A stretch of 64,000 bases of DNA, taken from NCBI GenBank assembly GCA_963724295.1, contig CAVRUC010000004.1, forward strand, positions 224,001 through 288,000, in the 5' to 3' direction. This DNA comes from an uncultured Chloroflexia bacterium. GTDB taxonomy: Bacteria; Chloroflexota; Chloroflexia; Thermomicrobiales; UBA6265. The notes under the pieces are model-generated. The model made no database searches. It was not told the origin of the DNA and saw nothing but the letters and a program-made list of their open reading frames with translations. Shown in pieces: positions 38,299 to 47,189 of this stretch (the first letter of the stretch is position 1; each line of letters opens with the position of its first letter). Both the position numbers and the translations under genes were made by a program.

Positions 38299-38468
38299 GC
38301 GGTACGTCCCGGATGGAAATTCTGGAACCACCGCGTGTGTTTACCGGAGTCCCTGGCCGCAGCGAGCTCTTCCGCGAATGTATCCGCCGCGGGAGCTCTC
38401 GCGTGGACGCGTGATGCTAGTTAACATCACCCTAGCGAGCCGGAAGTCCTCCAGCGTGCTCCAGTCCG

Positions 38469-38846
38469 TCATTCCTCCTGAGCTCGACCGCTGAAGCTGA
38501 CCGACATGAGAGGGCTTCCCTCCAGCCAGGCCTCAAGATTTTCGGACCCACCCAGGTCCGAGAGAATGCGTGTTAAGATCGCGCGCTTCTGCTCTGGATT
38601 GGTAATCGGTGTCGCGCGAGCGGGAAGATCGGCCGCAACACTCTGCTTGAGGTGGAACGTGAAGCCGGGGTTGGCGAGGAGATTGGCGTACCAGTCGCGC
38701 CGCCCTGGCGAGCCCGTCAGGTAGATGTGGTCATCCACCCGGTAGAACCAGGTCTCGATGCGACGAGGGAGACCGCTGGTGCGCCCGATCGTGGTGATGT
38801 CGATGGTCCGGTCATTGGCCAGTCCATTGCGCACGCGCTCGTCCAT
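38469..38846 (-). CDS. Deazaflavin (F420)-dependent nitroreductase family protein
   Basis: ITTIGRTSGLPR, DWYANLLANP. Confidence 0.85.
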   Translation of the reverse strand: MDERVRNGLANDRTIDITTIGRTSGLPRRIETWFYRVDDHIYLTGSPGRRDWYANLLANPGFTFHLKQSVAADLPARATPITNPEQKRAILTRILSDLGGSENLEAWLEGSPLMSVSFSGRAQEE

Positions 38847-38873
38847 GACGTTAAAGGTCCCTCACCGTCATCT

Positions 38874-39842
38874 CTACCCGTCGTGTTCCTCTTCGCCGGT
38901 CAGCCAGCCCGCCCGGGTGTACTCCGGGTCGGGATGCGAATAAAAGCCGCTCCCTGTCTTCTCCCCAAGATCCCCTTCCGTCAGCTTCTCGTGCAGGATC
39001 GCCGACGGCTGGTCGGCGGGGTCGGTGGCGACCCGCTGGTATGACGTCTCGATGTCGGCGACCACATCCAGGCCAACCATGTCCATGATGCCGAACGGCC
39101 CGTATGGCGTGCCGAAGAAGAGCATCCACAGCCGGTCGACGTCGGCCGGGTCGGCGTGCCCCTCATCCACGACCCGCAGCGACTCCCGCTTCACCGCGCG
39201 CCAGACCCGGTTGATGATGAAGCCCTTGCTGTCGCCGCGCACGACCGCGGTGACCAGCCCCAGCGATTTGCCGAAGCGCTCCGCCGCCGCCATGACCTCC
39301 GGGCGCGTGGCGCCGCTGCCCATCAGCTCGACCATCGGCCGGCTCCAGACCGGGGCGAAGAAGTGCGTGTTCAGGAGCCTTCCCGGATCGTCGACCGCCG
39401 GCGCGATCTGGCTCGACGGCAGCGACGAGGAGTTGGTCGTCAGGATCGCATCTGGCGCCAGCCGCGACAGCTCCGCGAACAACGCCAGTTTCGTGTCGAG
39501 ATCTTCGCGCACCGCTTCGATCACGATATCGGCACGCGCCACGGCATCTGTCAGGCTCTCCGCGACAACTATGCGCCCGATCAGAGCGTCGAGGTCGGTT
39601 GGCGGCTCCAGCCGAAACTGATGGTGGGCGTAGCGCGGCAGATGTGGCAGCGTGCGGGTCTCCGTAGCGATCCGCTCCCGCGCCGCGGCGAGCATCCCCG
39701 GATCGGCGTCCCAGATGCGCACGGTTCGGCCGCTGCCGGCAATCAGGGACGCAATCTGGCGTCCCATCGTGCCGGCGCCGATGACCGCTGCCGAATTCAG
39801 CTCCCTCCCGCCGCCTTCTCCCGCAACCGCCTCACGATCCAT
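38874..39842 (-). CDS. 3-hydroxyacyl-CoA dehydrogenase family protein
   Basis: GAGTMG, IEAVRE, TNSSS, HFF.P, GFIINR, GPFGIMD.VGLD, GEKTG.GFY. Confidence 0.93.
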   Translation of the reverse strand: MDREAVAGEGGGRELNSAAVIGAGTMGRQIASLIAGSGRTVRIWDADPGMLAAARERIATETRTLPHLPRYAHHQFRLEPPTDLDALIGRIVVAESLTDAVARADIVIEAVREDLDTKLALFAELSRLAPDAILTTNSSSLPSSQIAPAVDDPGRLLNTHFFAPVWSRPMVELMGSGATRPEVMAAAERFGKSLGLVTAVVRGDSKGFIINRVWRAVKRESLRVVDEGHADPADVDRLWMLFFGTPYGPFGIMDMVGLDVVADIETSYQRVATDPADQPSAILHEKLTEGDLGEKTGSGFYSHPDPEYTRAGWLTGEEEHDG

Positions 39843-39927
39843 GCGCTGAACTCCTCCGCTGTCTGTATCGCAGCCGGTAGTCTGCCATGAGCATGGGTCG
39901 TGTCCAAACGCCGGTCGCCGGCAATTG

Positions 39928-40032
39928 CCCCTCATCCCCGGCCCTTCTCCCCTCGGAGCGGGGAGAAGGGAGCACGCTCAGCCGAGCAGCGAGCCCCTCT
40001 CCCTGCGCACAGGGAGAGGGGTGGGGTGAGGG
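39928..40032. repeat. Bipartite GC hairpin doublet, copy 3
   Basis: Identical 29-mer at 39942-39970, then CCCCTCTCCCTGCGCACAGGGAGAGGGG. Confidence 0.9.
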
Positions 40033-40071
40033 CCGTTGGGGGTAAGGACCACTGTCAGGTGATGACAACCG

Positions 40072-41103
40072 ATGACCACACAACCAACCAGATGCTACGC
40101 TCCGGTGGTGACGCCCTCTGATGTCGCCGCCATCTCGACGACCAACCTCACCAAACGCTACGGAGCGGTAACCGCCCTCGCTGGTATCGACCTCGTCGTC
40201 CCCAGCGGGGTCACCTACGGCTTCCTCGGGCCGAATGGCGCCGGCAAGACGACCACCATCCGCCTCCTGATGGGCTTTATCCAGGCGACATCCGGTGTGG
40301 CGCGCATCTGGGGTCACGACTGCTGGCACGACGGCGTTCGTGCCCGCTCCGACCTGGGGTTTCTCGTGCCGGCCGACGCGCTCTATCCCGACATGACCGG
40401 CCGCGCCCTGCTCGACTACATGGCCGCACTCTCCGGGAAGCGGCCTACGCTGCGGCCCCTCCTTCTCGATGCGCTAGAGCTTGGCCAGGATGCGCTCAAC
40501 CGTCGTCTCCACACCTACTCCAAGGGGATGAAGCAGAAATTGGCGCTGGCGGCGGCCATCCAGGCCAATCCCAGGCTGCTGGTGCTCGACGAGCCGACCG
40601 ATGGGCTCGACCCGCTGATTCAGCGCTCGTTCGAGGCAGTGCTGCGCCAGCTGCGCGACCAGGGCACAACCGTCTTCATGTCCTCACACGATCTGGCCGA
40701 GGTCGAGCGAACGTGCCAGCGGGTGGCCATCATCAGGGACGGGCACATCGTCGCGGAAGAGGCCATCGACGATCTGAAACGTCGTAACCGGCGTGTCGCC
40801 GAGGTGACCTTCGTCGCCGAACCGCCGGGACTTGATCTCCTGCCGGAGGTCGAGGTGCTGGAGCGCGACGGCGGCCGGGTCGTGATCGCGCTCGCAGGCA
40901 GCGTGATCCCGCTGCTGCGGTTCCTGGCCGCCCGGGACGACGTCCTCGACCTCCTCCTTTCCCCGCCGCGCCTGGAGGATATCTTCCTCGGCTACTACGA
41001 CACGAGTCGAGGAGTCGTGGAGTCGGGAAGTCGAGAAGAAGGAATTGTCTCCTCGACCCCTCGACTGCTCGACTCCTCGACTTCGCCGGCTGTGCGGCAG
41101 TGA
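40072..41103 (+). CDS. ABC-2 type transporter ATP-binding subunit
   Basis: GPNGAGKT, YSKGMKQ, LVLDEPT.GLDP, SSH. Confidence 0.95.
   Translation: MTTQPTRCYAPVVTPSDVAAISTTNLTKRYGAVTALAGIDLVVPSGVTYGFLGPNGAGKTTTIRLLMGFIQATSGVARIWGHDCWHDGVRARSDLGFLVPADALYPDMTGRALLDYMAALSGKRPTLRPLLLDALELGQDALNRRLHTYSKGMKQKLALAAAIQANPRLLVLDEPTDGLDPLIQRSFEAVLRQLRDQGTTVFMSSHDLAEVERTCQRVAIIRDGHIVAEEAIDDLKRRNRRVAEVTFVAEPPGLDLLPEVEVLERDGGRVVIALAGSVIPLLRFLAARDDVLDLLLSPPRLEDIFLGYYDTSRGVVESGSREEGIVSSTPRLLDSSTSPAVRQ
41004..41083. repeat. Foldback octamer element (GAGTCGAG x4 / CTCGACTC x4) inside the 3' end of the ABC ATPase gene
   Basis: gagtcgag gagtcgtg gagtcggg aagtcgag, 16-nt spacer, ctcgaccc ctcgactg ctcgactc ctcgactt. 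Confidence 0.85.
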
Positions 41104-41921
41104 TCGCGATTCCGCGCATGACGGGCCGCGTCTTGCGGAGCGGGCTGCCTGGTCTCGTCGCCCTTCTGGTCGGGATCGCCCTCTTCGAGTTCGTGCAGCC
41201 CCTGGTGATCGCCTCGTTCGGCGGAGCCCAGGGACTCGACGCGATCATGGAGCGCATCCCGCCCGCCCTCCAGGCGTTCACGCGCACCCGGCCGGAGTTC
41301 CTGGCGTTGTCCGGTCTGGCCGGCTATCTCTCGTTGGGATTTACCCACCCGCTCTACATCGTCCTCGCCGGCGCGGCGGTGATCGGATTCGCCGCACGCT
41401 CGCTGGCCGGCGAGATGGACCGTGGCATCATCCAGATCCCGCTCTCGCGGCCGATCTCGCGCCAGGCCGTCTATGCGTCGCGCCTCCTGGGAGTTGTGGT
41501 CATCTGCGGCCTGCTGGCCGCCGCCGGACCACTCGGCATGGTGGCCGGGATGCTCTACGCGCGGCCGAATGGCGAATTTGCCTATGAGCACCTGGTGGCC
41601 GTCGCGCTTAGCGGGCTGGCGCTCTTCTGGGCGATCGGCGGGCTGTCGCTGTGGGGGAGTGCTGCTGCCAGCACCGCCGGCCGCGTCGTCGCCTGGGCCA
41701 TCAGCCTGCTGGTCATCTCGTACTTCGTCGACTACTTCGCCGGGATCTGGGCGCCACTCGAGGCGATTCAGTTCCTCTCGCTGTTTGACTATTACGATCC
41801 CACCCAGGCGCTCGTCTCCGGGCAAGCCTCCCCGGCGGACCTGATCACGCTCACCATCGTTGGCGCCGTGGCCGCGGTCGCCGGTCTGGTCACCTTCACC
41901 GGCCGCGACCTTCCCTCCTGA
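41100..41921 (+). CDS. ABC-2 type transporter permease
   Basis: Six TM helices, motif AGEMDRG...LSRPISR, GTGA overlap with the ATPase gene. Confidence 0.92.
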   Translation: MIAIPRMTGRVLRSGLPGLVALLVGIALFEFVQPLVIASFGGAQGLDAIMERIPPALQAFTRTRPEFLALSGLAGYLSLGFTHPLYIVLAGAAVIGFAARSLAGEMDRGIIQIPLSRPISRQAVYASRLLGVVVICGLLAAAGPLGMVAGMLYARPNGEFAYEHLVAVALSGLALFWAIGGLSLWGSAAASTAGRVVAWAISLLVISYFVDYFAGIWAPLEAIQFLSLFDYYDPTQALVSGQASPADLITLTIVGAVAAVAGLVTFTGRDLPS

Positions 41922-41928
41922 GCCTGCC

Positions 41929-42609
41929 ATGAACCGCGCCGTCATCTTCGACGTCAACGAGACGATGCTCGATCTCGGCGCGCTCGACCCGTTGTTCGTT
42001 CGCTGGTTCGGCGATCCGCTCGCCAGGAAAGAGTGGTTCGCGCTAACGCTCCACTTCGCGCTGACGCTGGCCGCAACTCGCGAGTTCAGGAGCTTTGGCG
42101 AGGTTGGCGCTGCCGCACTCGCGGGGATCGCTCATCGTCGCGAGGTGTCACTGCCGGACGAAGCCGCGGCCCAGCTGCGCGAGGAGGTTCTGCGACTGCC
42201 GGCTCACTTCGATGTGGCACCCGCCCTGCGCATCCTGCGGCACGCGGGTCTGGTGACCGCCGCGCTCTCGAACGACCCGCTCCCGGTTGTTCAGGAGCAG
42301 CTCCACCATGTCGAGCTTTCGCCACTCTTCGACGTGATCATGTCCGTCGATGAGGCGGGCGCGTTGAAACCCGCGCCCGAGGTGTACGACTTCGCGGTCC
42401 GGCGCCTTGATCTCGCGCCCGGATCGATCTGGATGGTTGCCGCACACGGCTGGGACGTCGCCGGGGCAAAGCGCTCCGGACTCCGCGGCGCCTTCGTCGC
42501 CCGCCCCGGTCAATCGCCCGACCCCTTCGCCCCGCCGGAAATCCTGGCGGACGATCTCCTCGGTATCGCCCACGCCATCCTCGCCGCAGAACACCTCTCC
42601 CCCACATAA
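41929..42609 (+). CDS. Haloacid dehalogenase type II (HAD)
   Basis: FDVNETMLD, LSN, KPAPEVY, VAAHGWDVAGA. Confidence 0.92.
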   Translation: MNRAVIFDVNETMLDLGALDPLFVRWFGDPLARKEWFALTLHFALTLAATREFRSFGEVGAAALAGIAHRREVSLPDEAAAQLREEVLRLPAHFDVAPALRILRHAGLVTAALSNDPLPVVQEQLHHVELSPLFDVIMSVDEAGALKPAPEVYDFAVRRLDLAPGSIWMVAAHGWDVAGAKRSGLRGAFVARPGQSPDPFAPPEILADDLLGIAHAILAAEHLSPT

Positions 42610-42612
42610 AGT

Positions 42613-42640
42613 CCGGGGCGGTGTGAGCCGCCCCGGTCTT
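42613..42640 (+). terminator. Hairpin, putative terminator between convergent genes
   Basis: CCGGGGCGG-TGTGAG-CCGCCCCGG followed by TCTT. Confidence 0.55.
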
Positions 42641-42644
42641 ACTC

Positions 42645-42693
42645 GCCGTCTAGCCGTCTAGCCGTCTAGCCGTCTTTTTTCAGCCGTCTCGCC
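42645..42693. repeat. Tandem GCCGTCTA octamer array (single arm)
   Basis: gccgtcta x3 plus gccgtctt, and a further gccgtctc after a T-run. Confidence 0.8.
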
Positions 42694-44420
42694 TAGAGCT
42701 CAAACCCCACTCGCATGATCGCCCCGTTATCGGCCTGCGTGACGAGCGCCGCGTACTTGGCCAGAACGCCGCGATCGTACTTCGGCGCCGGCGGCGACCA
42801 GGTCCCCAACCGCCTGGCAATTTCATCGTCGCTGAGGTCGACGTCGAGCCGACGCGCCGGTGTGTCGATGATGATCGTGTCGCCTTCCTGGACCGCCGCC
42901 AGCGGACCACCAACGCCCGCCTCCGGCGCCACGTGGCCGATCATGAGCCCCTTGGTTGCGCCGCTGAAGCGCCCATCGGTCACCAAGGCAACCGAATCGC
43001 CGAGCCCCTGTCCCACGATGGCGGCAGTCACGGACAGCATCTCCTGCATGCCGGGACCGCCGACCGGGCCTTCGTAGCGGATGACGACGACGTCACCCGG
43101 GTTGATCCTCCGCTCAAGGATCGCTTCGTGCGCCGCCGGCTCCGAGTCGAAGACCCGTGCCGGACCACGGTGCCCCTCCCGCTCGTAGCCAAAGAGCTTC
43201 ACCACCGCCCCATTCGGTGCGATGTTTCCCTTGAGGATCACCAGACCGCCACTGTCCTTGCAGGGGTTCCCGATCTGCCGCACGACGTCCTGACCCGGCG
43301 TCTCCTTCGCCTTGGCGGCCGCCTCCGCGAACGTGTCGCCCGTGACTGTCATCGCGTCTTCGTGGACCAGTCCGGCATCCACCATGCGCTTGGCGACCAC
43401 CGGGGTGCCCCCGGCCAGATCGAGGTCGGATGCCGCGTAGCGACCCCCGGGCATCAGGTCACAGTACAGCGGCGTGCGGCGCGAGATCTGGTCGAAGTCG
43501 TCGATGGTCAGGGGAATCCCCGTCTCGCGCGCCAGGGCAATGAGATGAAGCACGCTGTTGGTCGAGCCGCCGCTGCTCGCTACTCCAGCGATGGCGTTCT
43601 CGAACGCTTCGCGCGTCAGGATGTCTTTGGGGAACACCCCCCGGCTGAGCACGTCCATGATCAGCTCGCCCGCTTCCTTGCCAATCGCGTTCTTGCGGGC
43701 GTCAGTGGCCGGGGGCGAGGCCGAGCCCATCGGTGAGAGGCCGATGAACTCCATCGCCATGGCCATCGTGTTCGCGGTGTATTGGCCGCCGCAGGCCCCC
43801 GCACCGGGGCAGGCCACGTTTTCCAGCTCGATGAGCTCATCGTCACTCATCTTGCCAGCGGCATTGGCGCCGATCGCCTCGTAGACCGAACGGATGGTCA
43901 CCTCCTTGCCATGGAAGTGTCCCGGCAGGATCGAGCCGCTGTAAAGCAGGATGCCGGGGATGTTCAGTCGCACCAGCGCCATGGCCAGCCCAGGCAAGGT
44001 CTTGTCGCAGGCGCCGATGCCGATGATGGCATCGAACATGTGCCCGCGCGCTACCAGCTCGACCGAGTCCGCGATCACCTCGCGCGAGACGAGCGAGGCC
44101 TTCATCCCCTCGGTCCCCATCGTCACGCCGTCAGAGATCGAGACGGTGTTCAGCTCTTGCGGCGTTCCGCCGGCGGCACGAATACCCTCTTTGACGTGCC
44201 GGGCCAGCTCGCGCTGATTGAGGTTGCAGGGCATGGTCTCGATCCAGCAATGGGCCACCCCGATAATCGGGCGCTTCAGGTCTTCGTCGTCGAAGCCCGT
44301 ACCCTTCAGCATGGCGCGGGCGCCGGCCCGATCGTTGCCATCGAGAATGACACGGCTCTTGTGCCGCATATCGAACCCGGTTCCCTGTTTCGTTCCCGGC
44401 CGCTCCGTCGTCGTGCTCAC
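42693..44420 (-). CDS. ilvD: Dihydroxy-acid dehydratase
   Basis: [55 protein letters not shown]. Confidence 0.98.
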   Translation of the reverse strand: MSTTTERPGTKQGTGFDMRHKSRVILDGNDRAGARAMLKGTGFDDEDLKRPIIGVAHCWIETMPCNLNQRELARHVKEGIRAAGGTPQELNTVSISDGVTMGTEGMKASLVSREVIADSVELVARGHMFDAIIGIGACDKTLPGLAMALVRLNIPGILLYSGSILPGHFHGKEVTIRSVYEAIGANAAGKMSDDELIELENVACPGAGACGGQYTANTMAMAMEFIGLSPMGSASPPATDARKNAIGKEAGELIMDVLSRGVFPKDILTREAFENAIAGVASSGGSTNSVLHLIALARETGIPLTIDDFDQISRRTPLYCDLMPGGRYAASDLDLAGGTPVVAKRMVDAGLVHEDAMTVTGDTFAEAAAKAKETPGQDVVRQIGNPCKDSGGLVILKGNIAPNGAVVKLFGYEREGHRGPARVFDSEPAAHEAILERRINPGDVVVIRYEGPVGGPGMQEMLSVTAAIVGQGLGDSVALVTDGRFSGATKGLMIGHVAPEAGVGGPLAAVQEGDTIIIDTPARRLDVDLSDDEIARRLGTWSPPAPKYDRGVLAKYAALVTQADNGAIMRVGFEL

Positions 44421-44561
44421 TCCAGCCTGCTCCTTTTGGTCGCTCTCAGGACATCGATGAAAGGTCTGCGCCACGCCGGCCTCCGGCGCGTGCCTCACGG
44501 CTAAGCCTCTCACGGCGCTCAGGTGCCGAGAGTTTCCTCGCCATGAAGCATTTCTGCAAGG

Positions 44562-44576
44562 TTCAATATATTGGAA
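44562..44576. promoter_or_regulatory. AT-rich palindromic operator candidate upstream of ilvD
   Basis: Perfect palindrome CAATATATTG within TTCAATATATTGGAA, in a GC-rich background. Confidence 0.5.
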
Positions 44577-44650
44577 TTCTGACGTTTTGTGTTACGAGAC
44601 TCCAGAGCGCGACATGCTCTAGGGGTGTAAAACCCGGCGCCTACCGCGCC

Positions 44651-44980
44651 TCAGGCGCCGCTGCTGCCGGGTGCCGAACTCGCGTCCGGTGGGAGACCGA
44701 GGTCGGCGATAGCCTGGGCCGTCTCGACCCGGGTAAGAGTTTCATGGTCGCGGAGCGCGTCGGGGTCACCTGTCTCCGCGCGAAAGCGCCGGATCAACTC
44801 TTCCTCGGTGCGGACCTGGGCTTCCAGGCCGGCCCGTTTCACCTGATCGACTCTCCGCTCGACCCCTTCGACGAACTCCTCGCCACTCTGCGGAGCTGCA
44901 ACCATGGCGACAGCCGCGCCAACTCCGGCACCGAGCAGGCCTCCGGCGATGAAGGACCCGAGTCTCTTGACAAGTTCCAT
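44651..44980 (-). CDS. YtxH-domain protein
   Basis: FIAGGLLGAGVGAAVAMVAAPQSGEE. GGAGG RBS. Confidence 0.85.
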   Translation of the reverse strand: MELVKRLGSFIAGGLLGAGVGAAVAMVAAPQSGEEFVEGVERRVDQVKRAGLEAQVRTEEELIRRFRAETGDPDALRDHETLTRVETAQAIADLGLPPDASSAPGSSGA

Positions 44981-44999
44981 GACACCCTCCACAGGTGGC

Positions 45000-45587
45000 T
45001 CATCTCACCCGGAAGATCCGGCGTAGCAACGAGCCAAGCAAGAGCAGCACCACCCCCAGCCCCGCTCCGAATGCGGCGGCGCCACGGACGTCCGCCAGCG
45101 GTCGGATGTTTTCGTCTGCCGGTCCAGCATAGATCGCCACCTTGGCCCCGGCTTCGATTGTGGCCCGGTCGGCCTTGAGCGCGAAGACCCGGCTACGGAC
45201 GATCCGCGCCTCTTCCGTGGCAATCGCGATCGCGGTCGAGTTGGAGAACACGGCTTTGTCGCTGTGGACGGCGAGGATACCGGAGCGATCGACCTGAGCC
45301 GAACGGGCCTCGACCGTCCTGGCACCGGAGTTGGTCATCACCACCCGCTCCGCCGTCACCTGCTCGGCGCCGGCACGATCCATCGACACCGTCGTGGCAG
45401 CGACGTCACCCGCTTCGGCGCGCAAGACCTCGGTGGCGACCGTTGGATGGTTCTCGGGACCCGCGCTCACCATGACCTCTGCCGTGACGGATTCAGCCGC
45501 TGCCGGAGCGTCTTCGCTCGGACCCAAAGCGCTGGGCGCGGCGCCGGCCCTGTCGTGCGTCTCCGTTCCGGTGTCCTCGCGCGCCAC
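45000..45587 (-). CDS. Hypothetical tail-anchored protein with 15-residue repeats
   Basis: Five to six 15-aa repeats followed by a C-terminal TM helix and basic tail (LLRRIFRVR). Confidence 0.7.
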   Translation of the reverse strand: MAREDTGTETHDRAGAAPSALGPSEDAPAAAESVTAEVMVSAGPENHPTVATEVLRAEAGDVAATTVSMDRAGAEQVTAERVVMTNSGARTVEARSAQVDRSGILAVHSDKAVFSNSTAIAIATEEARIVRSRVFALKADRATIEAGAKVAIYAGPADENIRPLADVRGAAAFGAGLGVVLLLLGSLLRRIFRVR

Positions 45588-45791
45588 GTCGGCCGCCCTT
45601 CCCGCATCAACTTGCGCCGCCCCGGCGCACCATCAGGCAGGCGAGTGTAGCAAACGAATCCGCGCTGCTAGCCGGCTCTCTGGAAGCAACCGTCGCATGG
45701 TGGCTCTGTTTGGCGCATCTCAGGCGACCGGGTATCGTTTCGCGGCGAATTTCGCGGGGGCAACTCGGGGACGGAAGCAGGCGGGCACGGC

Positions 45792-47189
45792 ATGGCACGC
45801 GCCGATGTCATCATCGAGAACGGGACGGTGGTCACCGAAGGTGGCGTCTTCCTGGCCGACGTCGTCATTGCCGGCGAGCGGATCGCCGCGCTGACCGTCG
45901 ACGCCGGCGACTGGTCCGCCGCGGAGCGTATCGACGCCACCGGACTCTGGCTCATTCCCGGCGGCATCGACACCCACACCCACTTCGAGGAACCCGATCC
46001 GCGCCTGCTCGAAGGATTCGCGTCCGGCGGCGCGGGCGCAGCGGCTGGAGGGATCACATCAGTCGTCGAGATGCCTCAGGCGCATCCGACAACGACCTCA
46101 CCGACACTGCTGCTCGAGAAGCAGCGGCTTGTCGAGCAGAACGCCGTCGTCGACATGGCCCTCTGGGGCGGAGTCATCGGACCTCCTGGCCAAACCGCGA
46201 GTGACCTCGATGGCATGGCCGGGGAGGGTGCGGCCGCGTTCAAGTCGTTCATGGCCTCGTCGTCACCCTTCTTCCCTGCCGTCGATCACGCCCAACTGTT
46301 GTGGGCAATGCGCGAGGGTGCACGTCTCGCCCTTCCCTACGGACTCCATGCCGAGGATCATCAGCTCCTGAATGAAGGGCTCGATCGCCTGCGGGTCGCC
46401 GGACGCAAGGATCCTCTGGCGCACGCGGAATCGAGACCACCCCTGGTTGAGACCGTTGCCGTGAACACGGCGCTCCTGCTGGCGGCCGAAACTGGTTGCC
46501 ACGTTCACATCTGTCACGTCGCCTCGGTGGGTGCGCTGGCTCTCATCCGGGAGGCGAAAGAGCGCGGAGTCCGCGTCACCGCCGAAACATGTCCGCAGTA
46601 CCTCATGCTCAATACCGAAGATCTCGCTCGCCTGGCCGGTTTCGCCCGTTGCGCGCCCGCCCTCCGCGACCAGGCCGAGGTCGATGGTATCTGGGGGTAC
46701 GTACTCGATGGCACGATCGATCTCGTCTGCTCCGACCACTGTCCCTACACTGTGGAGAGCAAACAGGCCGGACACAACGACATCTTTCAGGCCCCGCTGG
46801 GGCTCTCCGGCGTGCAGACGCTCTTGCCGGCCTTCTTCTCCGAAGCTGTGGTGAAACGAGGTCTGCCAGTGCAACGATTCGTGGCACTGATCGCCGCGAA
46901 TCCGGCGCGGATCTTTGGCCTCTACCCTCGAAAAGGAACCATGTCGGTTGGGGCCGACGCGGACATCGCCCTCCTCGATCCCGACGCGATCTGGTCGGTG
47001 ACCGTCGATGACGCGCTGCACAAGCAGAAGTGGACACCGTACGAAGGCAAGGAGATCACCGGCCGCGTCGTGCGTACGATACGGCGAGGAGCGACGATCT
47101 TTGACGATACGCTGCAGGGTTCTGACCGCTTGACCGCCCGTCCCGGGTCCGGCAAGTTCCTGCGCCGCGGATATGGAGAGATGGCGTGA
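45792..47189 (+). CDS. Allantoinase/hydantoinase-like cyclic amidohydrolase
   Basis: PGGIDTHTH, AAAGGIT..VEMP, FKSF, HAED, HICH, ETCPQYL, SDH.P. Confidence 0.9.
   Translation: MARADVIIENGTVVTEGGVFLADVVIAGERIAALTVDAGDWSAAERIDATGLWLIPGGIDTHTHFEEPDPRLLEGFASGGAGAAAGGITSVVEMPQAHPTTTSPTLLLEKQRLVEQNAVVDMALWGGVIGPPGQTASDLDGMAGEGAAAFKSFMASSSPFFPAVDHAQLLWAMREGARLALPYGLHAEDHQLLNEGLDRLRVAGRKDPLAHAESRPPLVETVAVNTALLLAAETGCHVHICHVASVGALALIREAKERGVRVTAETCPQYLMLNTEDLARLAGFARCAPALRDQAEVDGIWGYVLDGTIDLVCSDHCPYTVESKQAGHNDIFQAPLGLSGVQTLLPAFFSEAVVKRGLPVQRFVALIAANPARIFGLYPRKGTMSVGADADIALLDPDAIWSVTVDDALHKQKWTPYEGKEITGRVVRTIRRGATIFDDTLQGSDRLTARPGSGKFLRRGYGEMA

Noticed and set aside
44446..44544. 32-codon uORF ([14 protein letters not shown]...) upstream of ilvD as an attenuator leader peptide
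   Set aside because: No Ile or Val codons, only three scattered Leu, no obvious RBS and no U-tailed terminator.
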